Below, piece after piece: positions 28,664-41,019 of a DNA stretch of 64,000 bases. Position 1 is the first letter of the stretch. Each line of letters starts with the position of its first letter. Source of the stretch: Verrucomicrobiota bacterium. GTDB lineage: Bacteria; Verrucomicrobiota; Verrucomicrobiia; Limisphaerales; UBA8199. The notes below the pieces were generated by a model, which did not search any database, was not told the DNA's origin, and saw only the letters and a list, made by a program, of their open reading frames with translations. The translations under genes and the position numbers were made by a program. The stretch spans positions 18,214 to 82,213 of the forward strand of contig JBEKRX010000071.1 of assembly GCA_049518415.1 (NCBI GenBank), given 5' to 3'.

Positions 28664-29830
28664 ATGAGAATGACGATGTATTTGTTGATGGCATTCTTGT
28701 TTCTTATTCCGCTGGCCGGGCGCGGCGCGCAGACAGCCAAGGCGAGGCTCTACTGCCTATCGGTCGTGTTAGACTCGGCCCTGGACGAGTACGGGGACAT
28801 CCTGGAGGTCAGCAGCACCGGGGCGCCCGATGGCCTCGGTGAGTTGGTTCCCTGGGCGGGCGCGCAGCCGCCGGGCAGCGACCTAGTTCTCCCAGGAACA
28901 ACCGAATATGTCAGCGACCTGGCGCTGAATGATATCTTTTATGGCCAGATGTATGGAACGATCAGTTTATACCTGCCATCCATCGATGACGGGTACGGCC
29001 ACACAGTTGACGCAAACACCAATAGATTTCCTGACTTTTTCGAGGTTTCACAAAGGCTGCAGGCGGCCACCACGTCCGGTTCCTGGAGCGTGGGCTCCTA
29101 CGGCGGCGGCAGCATTTCCGCCGCTTGGAATCGTACGGCCGGGTCGAAGAGCGGCACCTGCCGGCTCGTGCTGACCGACACTTACGGTCAGCACTACGGC
29201 ACGTTCCTCAGCGCGTTTGAAATCCTCGAATACGCCGGAACGATCTCCTACTCGCCCGGGTCGAACACGGTCTCGGGGAGCGTCAACCTCACGCAAACCG
29301 GCAATGCGGCAAACCAGCTCCAGGGCGCGGTCCAGTTCACGAAGGAACCCACCAACCGGTTCGACCAACTGACCCTGTCGCCCGGCGCGTGGACGGACGC
29401 GGCCCAGCAAACCCACATTTTTACGAACCATCTTTTCCTGCGCGACCAGAACTGGCCTACGAACTACGCCGGGTACGTGGAGTTCGATAATGATGCCGAC
29501 CCGAGCACGTTCTATCCGTGGTCGGTCTGGGTTCTCGCGATCGACGACCTCAACGACGCGAACCACAACGGAATTCCCGATTTCAGCGATGATCCGGCGC
29601 CGGCCCCGCCCCGCCGGCCGCAGTTGTCCCTGGCAGCCAGTTCCACCAACTTGCTGCTGACGATTCGCGGCGATGTGAGCCACCTGCATCAGGTGCAGGA
29701 GGCGCTCTCGCCGGCTTCGACCAACTGGCAAACGGTGGTTTCGGTGACGCTGACAAACGACCCGCAGGTGGTCTTGCTGCCACTGCCTTCAGAGAGCCGG
29801 GCGAAGTTCTGGCGGGTGCTGGCGCAATAG
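28664..29830 (+). CDS. secreted hypothetical protein with C-terminal FYRL-like domain
   Basis: Sec signal; DANTNRFPDF and DANHNGIPDFSD Ca-binding-like motifs; ends PQLSL...W...KFWRVLAQ. Confidence 0.85.
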   Translation: MRMTMYLLMAFLFLIPLAGRGAQTAKARLYCLSVVLDSALDEYGDILEVSSTGAPDGLGELVPWAGAQPPGSDLVLPGTTEYVSDLALNDIFYGQMYGTISLYLPSIDDGYGHTVDANTNRFPDFFEVSQRLQAATTSGSWSVGSYGGGSISAAWNRTAGSKSGTCRLVLTDTYGQHYGTFLSAFEILEYAGTISYSPGSNTVSGSVNLTQTGNAANQLQGAVQFTKEPTNRFDQLTLSPGAWTDAAQQTHIFTNHLFLRDQNWPTNYAGYVEFDNDADPSTFYPWSVWVLAIDDLNDANHNGIPDFSDDPAPAPPRRPQLSLAASSTNLLLTIRGDVSHLHQVQEALSPASTNWQTVVSVTLTNDPQVVLLPLPSESRAKFWRVLAQ

Positions 29831-29896
29831 GGAGCCCAGGAGTTGGGGCCACGACGGCCAGGAGGCGAAGGCGTCCGTCATAACCTTTTTCCTTTT

Positions 29897-30046
29897 GCGA
29901 AGATTCTTTGCGCCGGCGCCCGGCGCGTTTGCTCACGAGTCCTCTGCGGCGCGGAGGGGCGCTGCTTAGCGCGGCGGGGGAAGGCTCCCGTTGCTTGCCT
30001 GAGGAGGGAATTCTCCCTGGACTTTGGTTGCGCCCGCCCCGCGCCA
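29897..30046 (-). repeat. dispersed repeat family C copy
   Basis: reverse complement shares gagaattccctcctcagg..gcaacgggagccttcccccgccgcgct with 53735-53885. Confidence 0.8.
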
Positions 30047-30050
30047 AGGG

Positions 30051-31010
30051 CTAGTACCCAAACATGAATCGGCCGGTGCCGAGCTGGATGAACCCGGTGC
30101 GTTCGTTGTACCAGGCGAAATCTCTCACCCCGGCGGCGTCGAAGGTCATCACGTTGGGATAATAGTAATGAACCCCATACTTGGAGGTCGCGCTAAGCCA
30201 TTTATGCATCTCCGAATGCCCGTCCGCAAAGGAGAAACCGCACGCGCCGTTGTGGTAGGAGGCCGGAATATCCTGCCAGTTATAAACGCCATCGGGATTA
30301 TTGATGAAGTAGCCGTCATTGATCGAGTCCGCCTGTTCATCGAGAAACAGCCAGGTCTTGGCCGGCTTGGGCACGGAGCTTTGCTTGAGGAACTGCGCGT
30401 AACCAGTGACGCCCCAGTGGATGCCCCTGGCGGTATCGTCGCCACTCTCGCCATCGCTGAAAAGGCCGAAGTTCGAGTTCATCGAGAGACTGCGGTTGCG
30501 CTGCGTCCAACCGGACGCCCGCTGGATCGGACTCAGGTAATTGTCAGCCGGGCATTTATACACCCCGAGGGCCGCGGCCGTATATCGGCCCAGGACGCCG
30601 CTGGCGACCCAGGCAAAGTTGGTGTTGCTGCGATCGGCCACTGAGGCGCTGGCTGTCCAGGTCATGACGTTGTTGACCCAGCTATCCAGCTTGCCGCTGC
30701 TGATGGAGGCAACGGTCTCGTCCACGCCGAAGTTGTTGGCCACGCGGTCGTTGAAGTCGCCGCAGTAGAGGTGCCAGGCGGTCAGGAGTTGCCTGAGGTT
30801 GCTCAGGCAGCCGATCTGCTGGGCCTTGATCTTGGCCTTGCTGAGCGCCGGCAGGAGCATGGCCGCAAGGATGGCGATGATCGCGATCACGACCAGCAGT
30901 TCAATCAGGGTAAAGGCCCCGCGCCCCCCGGGGTTGGTTTTCCCGGCGTAGCGCTGCGGTGCAGGGCGACCATTGAGTTCCGCCACGGCCGCTGAGCGAT
31001 GCGTTTTCAT
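30051..31010 (-). CDS. prepilin-type N-terminal cleavage / DUF1559-like protein
   Basis: [51 protein letters not shown] (H-X9-DG). Confidence 0.95.
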   Translation of the reverse strand: MKTHRSAAVAELNGRPAPQRYAGKTNPGGRGAFTLIELLVVIAIIAILAAMLLPALSKAKIKAQQIGCLSNLRQLLTAWHLYCGDFNDRVANNFGVDETVASISSGKLDSWVNNVMTWTASASVADRSNTNFAWVASGVLGRYTAAALGVYKCPADNYLSPIQRASGWTQRNRSLSMNSNFGLFSDGESGDDTARGIHWGVTGYAQFLKQSSVPKPAKTWLFLDEQADSINDGYFINNPDGVYNWQDIPASYHNGACGFSFADGHSEMHKWLSATSKYGVHYYYPNVMTFDAAGVRDFAWYNERTGFIQLGTGRFMFGY

Positions 31011-31029
31011 AAGACAGTTTGCCGCACAT

Positions 31030-31058
31030 ACTATATCCTCCTCAATGGCCGTTTGCAA
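31030..31058 (-). promoter_or_regulatory. sigma70-type promoter of the DUF1559 gene
   Basis: TTGCAA-17 bp-TATAGT. Confidence 0.65.
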
Positions 31059-31305
31059 AGTCCACAGTTTGGAATTGCCGCCTGGCGGGCGCATCTCCGA
31101 ATGAGGGCGGTTTCCGGCTCACGCCGCGCGCGTTTCGGAGTGCGGCGACTTGCCCCGTGAGAGGCATGCCCCGTCGATGCTTATCGCGCCGGGCACTCCC
31201 TAACCCGCGTCCTCATTCGGATAGGCGCCCAGCCGTGGAGCGGATTGCATTTTTTTGAGACAAAATGCCCTGAGGCGGTGTAGTCATGTTAACGGCAACC
31301 AAACT

Positions 31306-31659
31306 ATGAAACTCCACCGCTGCTCCAACGACGGCGAAGCCGGACCGGTCCGGCTCCTGGCGCTCAGATACTGGCTGGCCGGCCTGCTGGCCTTTGCGCT
31401 GGCGGCCGGCTTGTTTCTCGGTGATCCTTTCCGGAGAGACGCTGCTTCGGCGCTTTCCGCCAAGAACACGTCCCCAGCCAAAAGGCTTACCTTGGGTCGC
31501 TATCTCCGCACTGGCCTGTGGCGGGCCGATGCGCGCACCCTGGTCGCTGTCGGCCGCTGGCTGCTGCAGCCTGCAAGCGCGACCATCCCCGGCCCGACCA
31601 ACACCCCCTGGTTCCCGCCGATGGTCAATACGAACTCCTCCTCGGGAGTGGCGGCCTGA
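31306..31659 (+). CDS. small membrane hypothetical protein
   Basis: ATG in an intergenic gap; one TM segment YWLAGLLAFALAAGLFLG. Confidence 0.45.
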   Translation: MKLHRCSNDGEAGPVRLLALRYWLAGLLAFALAAGLFLGDPFRRDAASALSAKNTSPAKRLTLGRYLRTGLWRADARTLVAVGRWLLQPASATIPGPTNTPWFPPMVNTNSSSGVAA

Positions 31660-31777
31660 CTGGGCCGCAACCATGCAGTCAGGGGAGGCCTGGCGGGATC
31701 GCCGAGGCTCAGCGCCGGGCTGGCGCTGAGGGCAGGCGGGCCGTGTGCGCTCCCTAGCGCAACTGAATAGGCAGAGC

Positions 31778-32068
31778 TTAGTCCAGCCTGACACACGATT
31801 CCATCTCACGGTAGGTGAACGGGACGCCCTCCACCAGCAGTTCCAGGTGCCGCACCCGTTCCTCCTCGATAAAGAGCAGTTCTTCCTGGAGCCGCAGCTT
31901 GCCGCGCAGGCGGATGCCCCCACAGAGCCAGACTTCCACCTGGCGGCCGAGCGGCAGGCCCATGCGCCGCGCCAGTTCCGCCGCCGCCAACCGCCGCCCG
32001 GTCAGCCACTGGGTATAACCCTGCTCGGTCCCGCCGTCGCCCAAGTTCAATTGACCCTGAGTGTGCAC
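31778..32068 (-). CDS. hypothetical protein (96 aa, GTG start)
   Basis: globular composition; LPLGRQVEVWL..G..LRGKL is beta-rich and Sm/SH3-like in pattern. Confidence 0.65.
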   Translation of the reverse strand: MHTQGQLNLGDGGTEQGYTQWLTGRRLAAAELARRMGLPLGRQVEVWLCGGIRLRGKLRLQEELLFIEEERVRHLELLVEGVPFTYREMESCVRLD

Positions 32069-32184
32069 AGGTTCGGTCGTCTGTCAGGTCGCGGCGATTC
32101 TGCAAAACTGGGGTCGTGAAAGCAACTGTGGATCGAGCCGGCGTTGACCGCCCGGCTCCGCCGGCGCACATTGGCTCCAGGTGT

Positions 32185-34707
32185 ATGCGGCCAAAGCGTC
32201 TGAGACTGGCGATTCGGGGCGCCGTTCAAGGTGTCGGCTTTCGCCCGTTTGTCTATCGGCTGGCCGGGGAGCTGGGCTTGAAAGGCTGGGTCAACAATTC
32301 CACCCAGGGCGTGTTCATCGAAGCCGAAGGCGGGCCGGCTCAACTCGAGCAATTCCGGCTCCGCCTCGAGGCGGAAAGACCGCCGCGCAGTTTCATCCAG
32401 AGCCTGGAAGCCGCCTGGCTCGACCCGCTCGGCTACGCGAGCTTCGAGATCCGCGCGAGCCAAACTGGCGGCCGCAAGACGGCGCTGGTCCTGCCGGACA
32501 TCGCCACCTGCCCGGATTGCCGGCGCGAGGTCTTCGAGCCGGGCAACAGGCGCTACTTCTATCCTTTCACCAATTGCACCAACTGCGGCCCCCGTTTCAG
32601 CATCATCCATTCGCTGCCCTACGACCGCGCGAACACGTCGATGAGGAAGTTCGCCCTATGCCCGCAGTGCCAGGCGGAATATGACGACCCCCGCGACCGC
32701 CGTTTCCACGCCCAACCCAATGCCTGCCCGCAATGCGGGCCGCACCTGGAACTGTGGGACCGGCAAGGCAAGGTGCTGAGCGGCGGGGGCGGCGCGGGGG
32801 CGCCCGGCAGCCCGCCGGCGGCGCCGGCCGTGCTCGCCGCGGCCGCCGCGGCCATCCGCGCCGGCAGGATTGTCGCCGTCAAGGGCCTGGGCGGTTTCCA
32901 CCTGGTGGTGGCGGCGCACGCGGACGAGGCGGTGCGGCGCCTGCGCCAACTCAAGGGTCGCGAAGAAAAGCCCTTCGCGCTCATGTTCCCTTCCCTGGCG
33001 GCCGTTCAGGCGGTCTGCCAGGTGTCCCCGGCCGAAGAGCGGCTGCTCCGCTCGCCCGAGGCCCCCATCGTGCTCCTTGGCCGTCGGCCAGAGGCCGGGG
33101 GCGATTGCCAATTGGCAGTGTCCCTGGCCCCTGGCAATCCCAACCTGGGTGTGATGCTGCCCTACACTCCCCTGCACCATCTGCTCCTGTCGCTCCTGGC
33201 TTTCCCGGTCGTGGCCACCAGCGGCAACTTGAGCGACGAACCGATTTGCACGGAGGCAGGCGAGGCCCTCGAACGGCTGGGCGACATCGCTGACTTGTTC
33301 CTGGTCCACGACCGGCCCATCGTGCGCCACGTGGACGATTCAATTGTGCGCGTGATGCTGGGGCGGGAACTGGTCTTGCGCCGCGCCCGCGGCTTCGCGC
33401 CGCTGCCCATTGAAGTGGGGAGTGCGGCGTGGAATTGCCAATTTTCAATTGCCAGTTGCCAATTGGCCTCAGGAGAGCACAGGCCGAAAGAGAAGCGGCG
33501 GGGCAGAGGGAAATCGGAAATCGGAAATCGGAAATCGGACCTGCGGAGGGGGAGTGGGGAGTCAGTCTTGGCAGTCGGGGCGCATTTGAAAAACACGATT
33601 GCGCTGACCGCCGGTTCGCAGGCCTTTATCAGCCAGCACATCGGCGATTTGGAAACCGACCAGGCCTATGAGGCCTTCCGCCGGGTCATTGCCGATTTTG
33701 AAAGATTGTACGAAACTCAGCCCGCCACGGTGGCCGCGGATGCGCACCCGGATTATCTCTCGACAAAATATGCGCGGGCGCGGGCCTCGGCCGCCGCCCC
33801 CTCCCCCGGCCTGGGCTACGTGAGCGTTCAGCATCACGTGGCGCATGTCCTTTCGTGCATGGCGGAAAACCAATTGACGCCCCCGGTGCTGGGCGTGGCG
33901 TGGGACGGCACCGGTTACGGCCTCGACGGCACGGTCTGGGGCGGGGAGTTTTTCCTGGTCACCGAGGCCGGTTGGGAGCGGGTCGCCCATTTCCGCCCCT
34001 TCCCGCTGCCGGGCGGGGAGCGAGCCGTCAAAGAACCGCGCCGGGCTGCCCTGGGCCTGCTTTTCGCGATGTTCGGCGAAGCGGCTTTGGGGCTGGAAGA
34101 ACTGGCCCCGGTGCGCGCCTTTTCGCGCGCGGAATTGGCCGCCCTCAAAACCATGCTGGCCCGCCGCCTCAATTCACCGCTCACCTCCAGCGCCGGCCGC
34201 CTCTTCGACGCCGTCGCCTCGCTCACCGGGCTGCGCCAGCAAGTCCGCTTCGAGGCCCAGGCGGCCATGGAGCTGGAGTTCGCCCTGGAAGGGATAGGGA
34301 CCAACGACAGCTACCCATTTTCGATGGAAGACCTTCCGCCCCCGGACGCCCCTGACCAATCACCCGCCCGCCACTCCGCCCTCATCGTGGACTGGTCGCC
34401 GCTGGTCGCTCAGATTATCGCCGACGTCAAGCGCGGTGTTCCTCCGGGCCCAATCTCGGCCCGGTTTCATAACGCCCTGGTGGAAATCATCGTGACGGTC
34501 GCGCGGGCAATGGGGCAGGAGCGCGTGGTCCTTTCCGGCGGCTGCTTTCAAAACCGCTACCTGACCGAGCGCGCCGTCCAGCGGTTACAAGCAGAAGGCT
34601 TCCGCCCCTATTGGCACCAGCGCGTCCCCCCCAACGACGGCGGGATTGCCCTGGGCCAGGTCCTGGCGGCCTTGCACCCGGGCACGGCCCTTGGGCGGTG
34701 GCAGTGA
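32185..34707 (+). CDS. hypF: [NiFe] hydrogenase maturation carbamoyltransferase
   Basis: GAVQGVGFRPFVY, CTNCGPRF, RRFHAQPNAC, KGLGGFHL, QHHVAH, SGGCFQN, PPNDGGIALGQ. Confidence 0.97.
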   Translation: MRPKRLRLAIRGAVQGVGFRPFVYRLAGELGLKGWVNNSTQGVFIEAEGGPAQLEQFRLRLEAERPPRSFIQSLEAAWLDPLGYASFEIRASQTGGRKTALVLPDIATCPDCRREVFEPGNRRYFYPFTNCTNCGPRFSIIHSLPYDRANTSMRKFALCPQCQAEYDDPRDRRFHAQPNACPQCGPHLELWDRQGKVLSGGGGAGAPGSPPAAPAVLAAAAAAIRAGRIVAVKGLGGFHLVVAAHADEAVRRLRQLKGREEKPFALMFPSLAAVQAVCQVSPAEERLLRSPEAPIVLLGRRPEAGGDCQLAVSLAPGNPNLGVMLPYTPLHHLLLSLLAFPVVATSGNLSDEPICTEAGEALERLGDIADLFLVHDRPIVRHVDDSIVRVMLGRELVLRRARGFAPLPIEVGSAAWNCQFSIASCQLASGEHRPKEKRRGRGKSEIGNRKSDLRRGSGESVLAVGAHLKNTIALTAGSQAFISQHIGDLETDQAYEAFRRVIADFERLYETQPATVAADAHPDYLSTKYARARASAAAPSPGLGYVSVQHHVAHVLSCMAENQLTPPVLGVAWDGTGYGLDGTVWGGEFFLVTEAGWERVAHFRPFPLPGGERAVKEPRRAALGLLFAMFGEAALGLEELAPVRAFSRAELAALKTMLARRLNSPLTSSAGRLFDAVASLTGLRQQVRFEAQAAMELEFALEGIGTNDSYPFSMEDLPPPDAPDQSPARHSALIVDWSPLVAQIIADVKRGVPPGPISARFHNALVEIIVTVARAMGQERVVLSGGCFQNRYLTERAVQRLQAEGFRPYWHQRVPPNDGGIALGQVLAALHPGTALGRWQ
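33433..33539. repeat. heptamer arrays in opposite orientation inserted in frame in hypF
   Basis: aattgcc-type x5 (33433-33467) and ggaaatc x4 (33509-33536). Confidence 0.85.
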
Positions 34708-34818
34708 CGGATTCAAATCATTGCGGCTTGCGTTGCTGCTTGCATTTTTCTTTGCGGCAGGCATTCTTCCGCAGCGGCGGCGAGTATGGCACATTAGCGC
34801 AAAGGCCTGATAGTCAAA

Positions 34819-35535
34819 ATGCGTTCCGGACGGCGAACTACAGAATCGGCGGCCACTGACCCGCGCGAAGTGGGTGCTTACGGCATCGCGGAGGCGGCGC
34901 ACTATTTGCGCATCCCGGCGGCGACTTTGCGATCTTGGGTGTGTGGCCGCACTTACCCGACGGACCGCGGCCCGCATTTTTTCAGCCCGGTGATAGATCT
35001 TCCCGACCGCAATGTGCTTTCCCTCTCGTTCGTCAACATGGTGGAAGCGCACGTGCTGGACGCCATCCGGCGGGAGCACAGAATACCCTTTCACAAGGTC
35101 CGCTCGGCCTTGGAGTACGTCCAGCGGTATTTCCACTCGCTCCACCCGCTGGCGGAGCAGAAGTTTCAGACGGATGGGGTTGATCTGTTCCTCTCGCAGT
35201 TCGAGGAGTTGATCGCAGTCTCTGCGGAAGGCCAGTTGGCCCTGAGGGAGATGCTGGCAGCACATCTGCAGCGGGTGGAGCATGACGCCGCGGGCTTGGC
35301 CGCCCGTCTCTACCTTTTTACCCGCAAGCGTCAAGCGGACGAGCCAAGGATTATCGTCATGGACCCGTTCGTCTGCTTTGGTCGCCCAACGATAAGCGGG
35401 ACAGGAGTCACCACCGAGATTGTAGCTGGACGCTACAAGGCCGGGGAGTGCATTGAGGAGTTGGCCCAGGATTACGGTTGCGAGCGTGGATACGTCGAAG
35501 AAGCAGTCCGGTGCGAACTCGAGCTCGCCGCGTGA
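34819..35535 (+). CDS. DUF433-containing antitoxin (VapB45-like)
   Basis: Y..AEAAHYL.IP.ATLRSW, LSFVNMVEAHVL, DP...FGRPTI.GTGV. Confidence 0.9.
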   Translation: MRSGRRTTESAATDPREVGAYGIAEAAHYLRIPAATLRSWVCGRTYPTDRGPHFFSPVIDLPDRNVLSLSFVNMVEAHVLDAIRREHRIPFHKVRSALEYVQRYFHSLHPLAEQKFQTDGVDLFLSQFEELIAVSAEGQLALREMLAAHLQRVEHDAAGLAARLYLFTRKRQADEPRIIVMDPFVCFGRPTISGTGVTTEIVAGRYKAGECIEELAQDYGCERGYVEEAVRCELELAA

Positions 35536-35950
35536 GCCGTTGGTCTTTTTCACGGACGCGATGCTGGGGCGCAGGGTGATACCCGGGGCGCTGCGCGCGG
35601 CGGGCGAGCGCGTGGAGGCCCATGATGAGAATTTCAAGCCGGGAACGCCTGATGCCGAATGGCTGCTGGAGGTTGGCAAGCGCGGGTGGGTGGTGCTGAC
35701 CAAGGACAAGCGAATCCGCTACCGACCTGTTGAGACTGCGGCTCTTTGGCACGCCGGAGTGCGGGCTTTCGTGCTGGTCGCCAGGGGCGATCTCAGCGGG
35801 GCTGAAATCGGCAGCATTTTCGTAAAGGCCCTCCCTGCCATCAGGCGATTCTGCGCGGAAGTTCAGCCGCCTTTCATCGCTCACGTATTCAAGGACTCAG
35901 AGGTGAAGTTGGTCAGGCCTGGGACCGTTCACGGCCGCCGGCAGAACTGA
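35486..35950 (+). CDS. PIN-like toxin (VapC45-like); start uncertain
   Basis: FFTDAMLG, D.EWL..VG.RGWVVLTKDKRIRY. Confidence 0.85.
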   Translation: MDTSKKQSGANSSSPREPLVFFTDAMLGRRVIPGALRAAGERVEAHDENFKPGTPDAEWLLEVGKRGWVVLTKDKRIRYRPVETAALWHAGVRAFVLVARGDLSGAEIGSIFVKALPAIRRFCAEVQPPFIAHVFKDSEVKLVRPGTVHGRRQN

Positions 35951-36092
35951 GGCTTACGTCGGACCGTGCGGCCAGCATCTTCTTTGGTCCCCCTCGCGAG
36001 GGCAGCACGTCCTGTTTTGCCTGATGCCGTCGGGCCGTGAGATAAGCCTGCACCTGGCGCCTATCACATGGGGCATCTATCTCACGGGCCGA

Positions 36093-36119
36093 GGCCTGCA
36101 ACCCGGAGGGCTGCAGGCC
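36093..36119. repeat. single REP-like hairpin with CCCGGAGGG core
   Basis: ggcctgcaacccggagggctgcaggcc; same core at 38.5 kb and 51.3 kb. Confidence 0.55.
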
Positions 36120-36245
36120 AGTGGTTGGGTGTTGAGCGGCGCGAGACCCGTAGCGGCGCGCAAAGCACAAAGTAAAGCTTTGCTTGCGTGGCCGAAGGGC
36201 GTAGGCTCCGGCCTCGAAACGACTGAACTGGCAACTGCACTTTTT

Positions 36246-37301
36246 ATGAAGCTCAACAAGTCTTCGCTGCTCGATTTGGCTCTGGGCCTGGCGGCCGGGG
36301 CGCTGCCACTGGCTTGGGGGTCTGTTTGCTTGGGGCAACCCGACCCGAGCTGGCTGGCGCACGATCGCAACCGGCCGCAGCCGGCGGTGGTGACGCCCGC
36401 CACGGCCAGCACCCAGGAGCAGGCGGGCCAGGCGCCTTCCGACGCGGTGGTGCTGTTCGACGGCAAGGACCTGTCGAATTGGGTCAGCATGGACGGCAGC
36501 CCCACCAAGTGGATTGTGCGCGACGGTTACATGGAATGCGTCCAGGGCAGCGGCTACGTGCGCACCTTGCAGAATTTCGGCGATTGCCAACTGCACGTGG
36601 AATGGGCGACGCCGGCGCCGGCCCAGGGCGAGGGCCAGGGACGAGGCAACAGCGGGGTCTTTTTCGGCCTGGACCGCTACGAGGTCCAGGTGCTGGATTC
36701 CTACGGCAACCAGACCTACGCGGACGGGTCGGCCGCGGCCATTTATGGCCAGTACCCGCCGCTGGTCAACCCCAGCCGCCCGCCCGGCCAATGGCAGAGC
36801 TACGACATCCTCTATAGCGCGCCGCGGTTCGACGCCCAGGGCAAGCTGCTGGCGCCGACGCGGATGACGATTCTCCACAACGGCGTGCTCGTCCAGCACA
36901 ACGTCGAACTCACGGGGCCGACGGGCTGGCTGGAGCGCGCCCCTTACCAGCCGCACCCGGAGAAGCAGCCGCTCTCCTTGCAGGACCACGGCAACCCGGT
37001 CCGGTTCCGGAACATCTGGGTGCGCGAGTTGGGCAAGCCGGGCAAGAAGGAGTTCACCTGGTCGGCCGCCCTGCTCGACCGCTACCCGGGCCGATACGAC
37101 AACTGGGAAATCGTCCGCGAAGGCGACCACCTGCTGGCCCGGCGCGATGGCGCCAGCTTTGTCCTGTTCGCCGAGTCGCCCACGAAGTTCTTTGCCAAGA
37201 CCACCGATGTGCAGATTGAATTCCCCGGCGGCGACCAGACGCCGCCCGATCGGCTGATCTGGTCGGTCGGCGAGGGGGCCAACGAGGCGAAAAGGAAGTA
37301 A
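36246..37301 (+). CDS. secreted DUF1080 (3-keto-disaccharide hydrolase-like) protein
   Basis: [55 protein letters not shown]. Confidence 0.92.
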   Translation: MKLNKSSLLDLALGLAAGALPLAWGSVCLGQPDPSWLAHDRNRPQPAVVTPATASTQEQAGQAPSDAVVLFDGKDLSNWVSMDGSPTKWIVRDGYMECVQGSGYVRTLQNFGDCQLHVEWATPAPAQGEGQGRGNSGVFFGLDRYEVQVLDSYGNQTYADGSAAAIYGQYPPLVNPSRPPGQWQSYDILYSAPRFDAQGKLLAPTRMTILHNGVLVQHNVELTGPTGWLERAPYQPHPEKQPLSLQDHGNPVRFRNIWVRELGKPGKKEFTWSAALLDRYPGRYDNWEIVREGDHLLARRDGASFVLFAESPTKFFAKTTDVQIEFPGGDQTPPDRLIWSVGEGANEAKRK

Positions 37302-37323
37302 TCCAAACTCCACTCCTAAGAAT

Positions 37324-38439
<1,116 letters not shown>

Positions 38440-38506
38440 GCCGTGGGCGTGCGAGCCGGCTGCCGGCGGGTCTAAGCGCCCGTGCAAAAACAAATTCCGA
38501 TTTTCT

Positions 38507-38696
38507 CCAACCCGGAGGGTTGGTAGAAGGTAGCCGGTGATCCCGCCCAGGCGGGACCACCGGGGAGGGTGCCCTCTGCCGGTCGCACCCCGGAGGGGTG
38601 CCAGAAAGTAGCCGGTGGTCGTTCTGGGGCGACAGGGCAGAACGACCACCGGAAAGCCGGGCCGGGGCTCGCTCGCACCCCGGAGGGGTGCCAGAA
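38507..38696. repeat. REP/REPIN-like hairpin cluster
   Basis: 24-bp exact direct repeat tcgcaccccggaggggtgccagaa at 38583 and 38673; perfect 15-bp stem at 38612-38652. Confidence 0.85.
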
Positions 38697-38806
38697 CATA
38701 ATCTTGGAATTACGCCGCGCCTTCGGAACTTGTTTTGGCATGAACCCTAAAGGCCGGTCCAAAACGCGCCCGGACCGGCAAAGAGTCGGCTTTGAATTCA
38801 ACGACC

Positions 38807-40348
38807 ATGACCGAACAAATTGTCATTTTGGATTTCGGTTCGCAATACACCCAGGTCATCGCGCGGCGCATCCGCGAGTGCAATGTCTATTCGGTGATTT
38901 TGCGCTACAACACCCCGGCCGCGCAGATCGCCGCCTTGCAGCCCAAGGGCCTGGTCCTGTCCGGCGGGCCCGCCAGCGTGTATGCCCAGGATGCCCCCTT
39001 GCCGGACCCGGCCCTCTTCGCCCTGGGCCTGCCGGTGCTGGGCATCTGCTACGGACTGCAGCTCCTGGCCCAGTTTCTGGGCGGGCAGGTCGAGCCGGGC
39101 CAGAAACGCGAATTCGGCAAAGGCACCCTCCGCGTGAAGGACAGCTTCTGCCCCCTGTTTGCCAACCTGCCGGAAAGCCTGCAGGTTTGGAATTCCCACG
39201 GCGACAAGCTCACGAAGATTCCAGCCGGGTTCAAGTCGGTCGCGGTCACGGAGAATTCCGATGCGGCGGCCATCCAGGACCAGGAAGGGCGGATGTTCGG
39301 CTTGCAGTTTCACCCGGAAGTGGCGCACACGCCGCAAGGGCGGGAGATGATCGCCAACTTCGTGCACAATATCTGCGGGTGCGGCAAGCACTGGACGATG
39401 CGGCACTACATCGAGCCGGCGGTGGAGGCGATTCGCGCGCAAGTGGGCAAGGAAAAGGTGATTCTCGGGCTGAGCGGGGGGGTGGATTCCAGCGTGGCGG
39501 CGACCCTGCTCCACCGGGCGGTCGGGAAGCAGCTCACCTGCATTTTTGTGAACAACGGCGTGCTGCGCGGGGGCGAGGCGGAGGTGGTGCGGGAAGTGTT
39601 CGGCCGGCACTTCAAGATCAAGCTGCGCTATGCCAATGCCTCCCGGCTGTTCCTGCGCCGGCTCAAGGGCGTCGCCGAGCCGGAGCGCAAACGGAAGATC
39701 ATCGGCAAGACGTTCATCGAAGTCTTCGAGGCGGCGGCCAAACGCGCCGGCAAGGCTAAGTTCCTGGCCCAGGGCACGCTTTACCCCGACGTGATCGAGT
39801 CAGTGCCGGTGGGGGGCAACCCGGCGGCGATGATCAAGAGCCATCATAATGTGGGCGGGCTGCCGCGGCGGATGCGGCTCCAGTTGGTGGAGCCGCTCAA
39901 ATGCCTGTTCAAGGATGAGGTGCGCGAGCTGGGGCGCGAGCTGGGATTGCCGCGCGAGATTGTCCTGCGCCAGCCGTTTCCGGGGCCCGGCCTGGCCGTC
40001 CGCATCCTGGGCGAAGTCACGCCGCGGCGGCTGGAAATCCTGCGCAACGCCGACCGGATCGTGGTGGAGGAGATGAAGCACAGCGGGTGGTATTACCGGA
40101 TTTGGCAGAGTTTCGCCGTGCTCCTGCCGGTGCGCAGCGTGGGCGTGATGGGGGACGAACGCACCTACGACTACACCATCGCCCTCCGCGCCGTCGAATC
40201 CCAGGACGGCATGACCGCCGATTGGGTGAAGCTGCCCTGCGACCTGCTGGAACGGCTTTCCAACCGCATCATCAACGAGGTCAAAGGCGTCAACCGCGTC
40301 TGCTTCGATATCACCAGCAAGCCGCCCGGCACGATTGAATGGGAGTAA
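38807..40348 (+). CDS. guaA: GMP synthase (glutamine-hydrolysing)
   Basis: [53 protein letters not shown]. Confidence 0.99.
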   Translation: MTEQIVILDFGSQYTQVIARRIRECNVYSVILRYNTPAAQIAALQPKGLVLSGGPASVYAQDAPLPDPALFALGLPVLGICYGLQLLAQFLGGQVEPGQKREFGKGTLRVKDSFCPLFANLPESLQVWNSHGDKLTKIPAGFKSVAVTENSDAAAIQDQEGRMFGLQFHPEVAHTPQGREMIANFVHNICGCGKHWTMRHYIEPAVEAIRAQVGKEKVILGLSGGVDSSVAATLLHRAVGKQLTCIFVNNGVLRGGEAEVVREVFGRHFKIKLRYANASRLFLRRLKGVAEPERKRKIIGKTFIEVFEAAAKRAGKAKFLAQGTLYPDVIESVPVGGNPAAMIKSHHNVGGLPRRMRLQLVEPLKCLFKDEVRELGRELGLPREIVLRQPFPGPGLAVRILGEVTPRRLEILRNADRIVVEEMKHSGWYYRIWQSFAVLLPVRSVGVMGDERTYDYTIALRAVESQDGMTADWVKLPCDLLERLSNRIINEVKGVNRVCFDITSKPPGTIEWE

Positions 40349-40403
40349 GCTTGCGCCGGCGCAAAGAACTCACTGCCCGGAGTCCGATTCCCGGGCACAG
40401 TAT

Positions 40404-40551
40404 TAGCGAGGCTGCGCCGCGCCAGGAAGCCTCGAAGCCAGGGGGCGCTCTTAGAGTCTTTGGTCGCAACATCCACGCTTTTGCGTGAATGTCTTGGCAT
40501 GTTTCCTTTGGAGAGGCCTGATTCTTCGGCGCGGAGCGCCGCATTTAACGC
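40404..40551 (+). repeat. repeat family B, left copy
   Basis: 40410-40551 matches 43459-43600 at 140/142 positions. Confidence 0.92.
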
Positions 40552-41019
40552 AATTCCCACAGGGCGCGGTACTTGGGCACTATTTACAATTGATTGGACA
40601 GCCGGAAAACCGTTGTTTTATGGGCTGAAACGAACCTTTGACCGTTTCCCTCTCTTTCCCCCCAAAGTGGGCCAGACGCAAATCCGGCCCAACTCAGCAC
40701 CCTCTTCGTGATGAACGTCAATACCGCTGACGGTTGACCATCCAGCCATCGTATCTTGAACGGGTTGCCTCGCCGAATGGGCCAAAACTCCCGCGTCATC
40801 GTGCCAAATCTCAACCGCGGCGTAAATCCACCTTCCCTATCATTCAGGCCAGCATCCACCGAAAGGTCTTGCTTGCACCCCTACAAGAAAAGGTGGAAAA
40901 TGGCAGTGGTCAATTAAGGTCCATTATTTGCTGCCGGGTGCGGCTGCCCAAACCCGGTGGGCATGAGGCTTACCGGGGTGGATATGGACATGTCGCTTCC
41001 GGGCACAATGAAAATGCCT

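Noticed and set aside
32185-34707. hypF without other hydrogenase genes
   Set aside because: Dispersed hyp genes are common; cannot be judged from one window
34819-35950. DUF433/PIN pair as novel
   Set aside because: Matches the known VapBC45-like architecture
38507-38696. Possible purine riboswitch or mini-CRISPR before guaA
   Set aside because: Only two 24-bp repeats and GC-rich REP-like hairpins; no riboswitch consensus recognised
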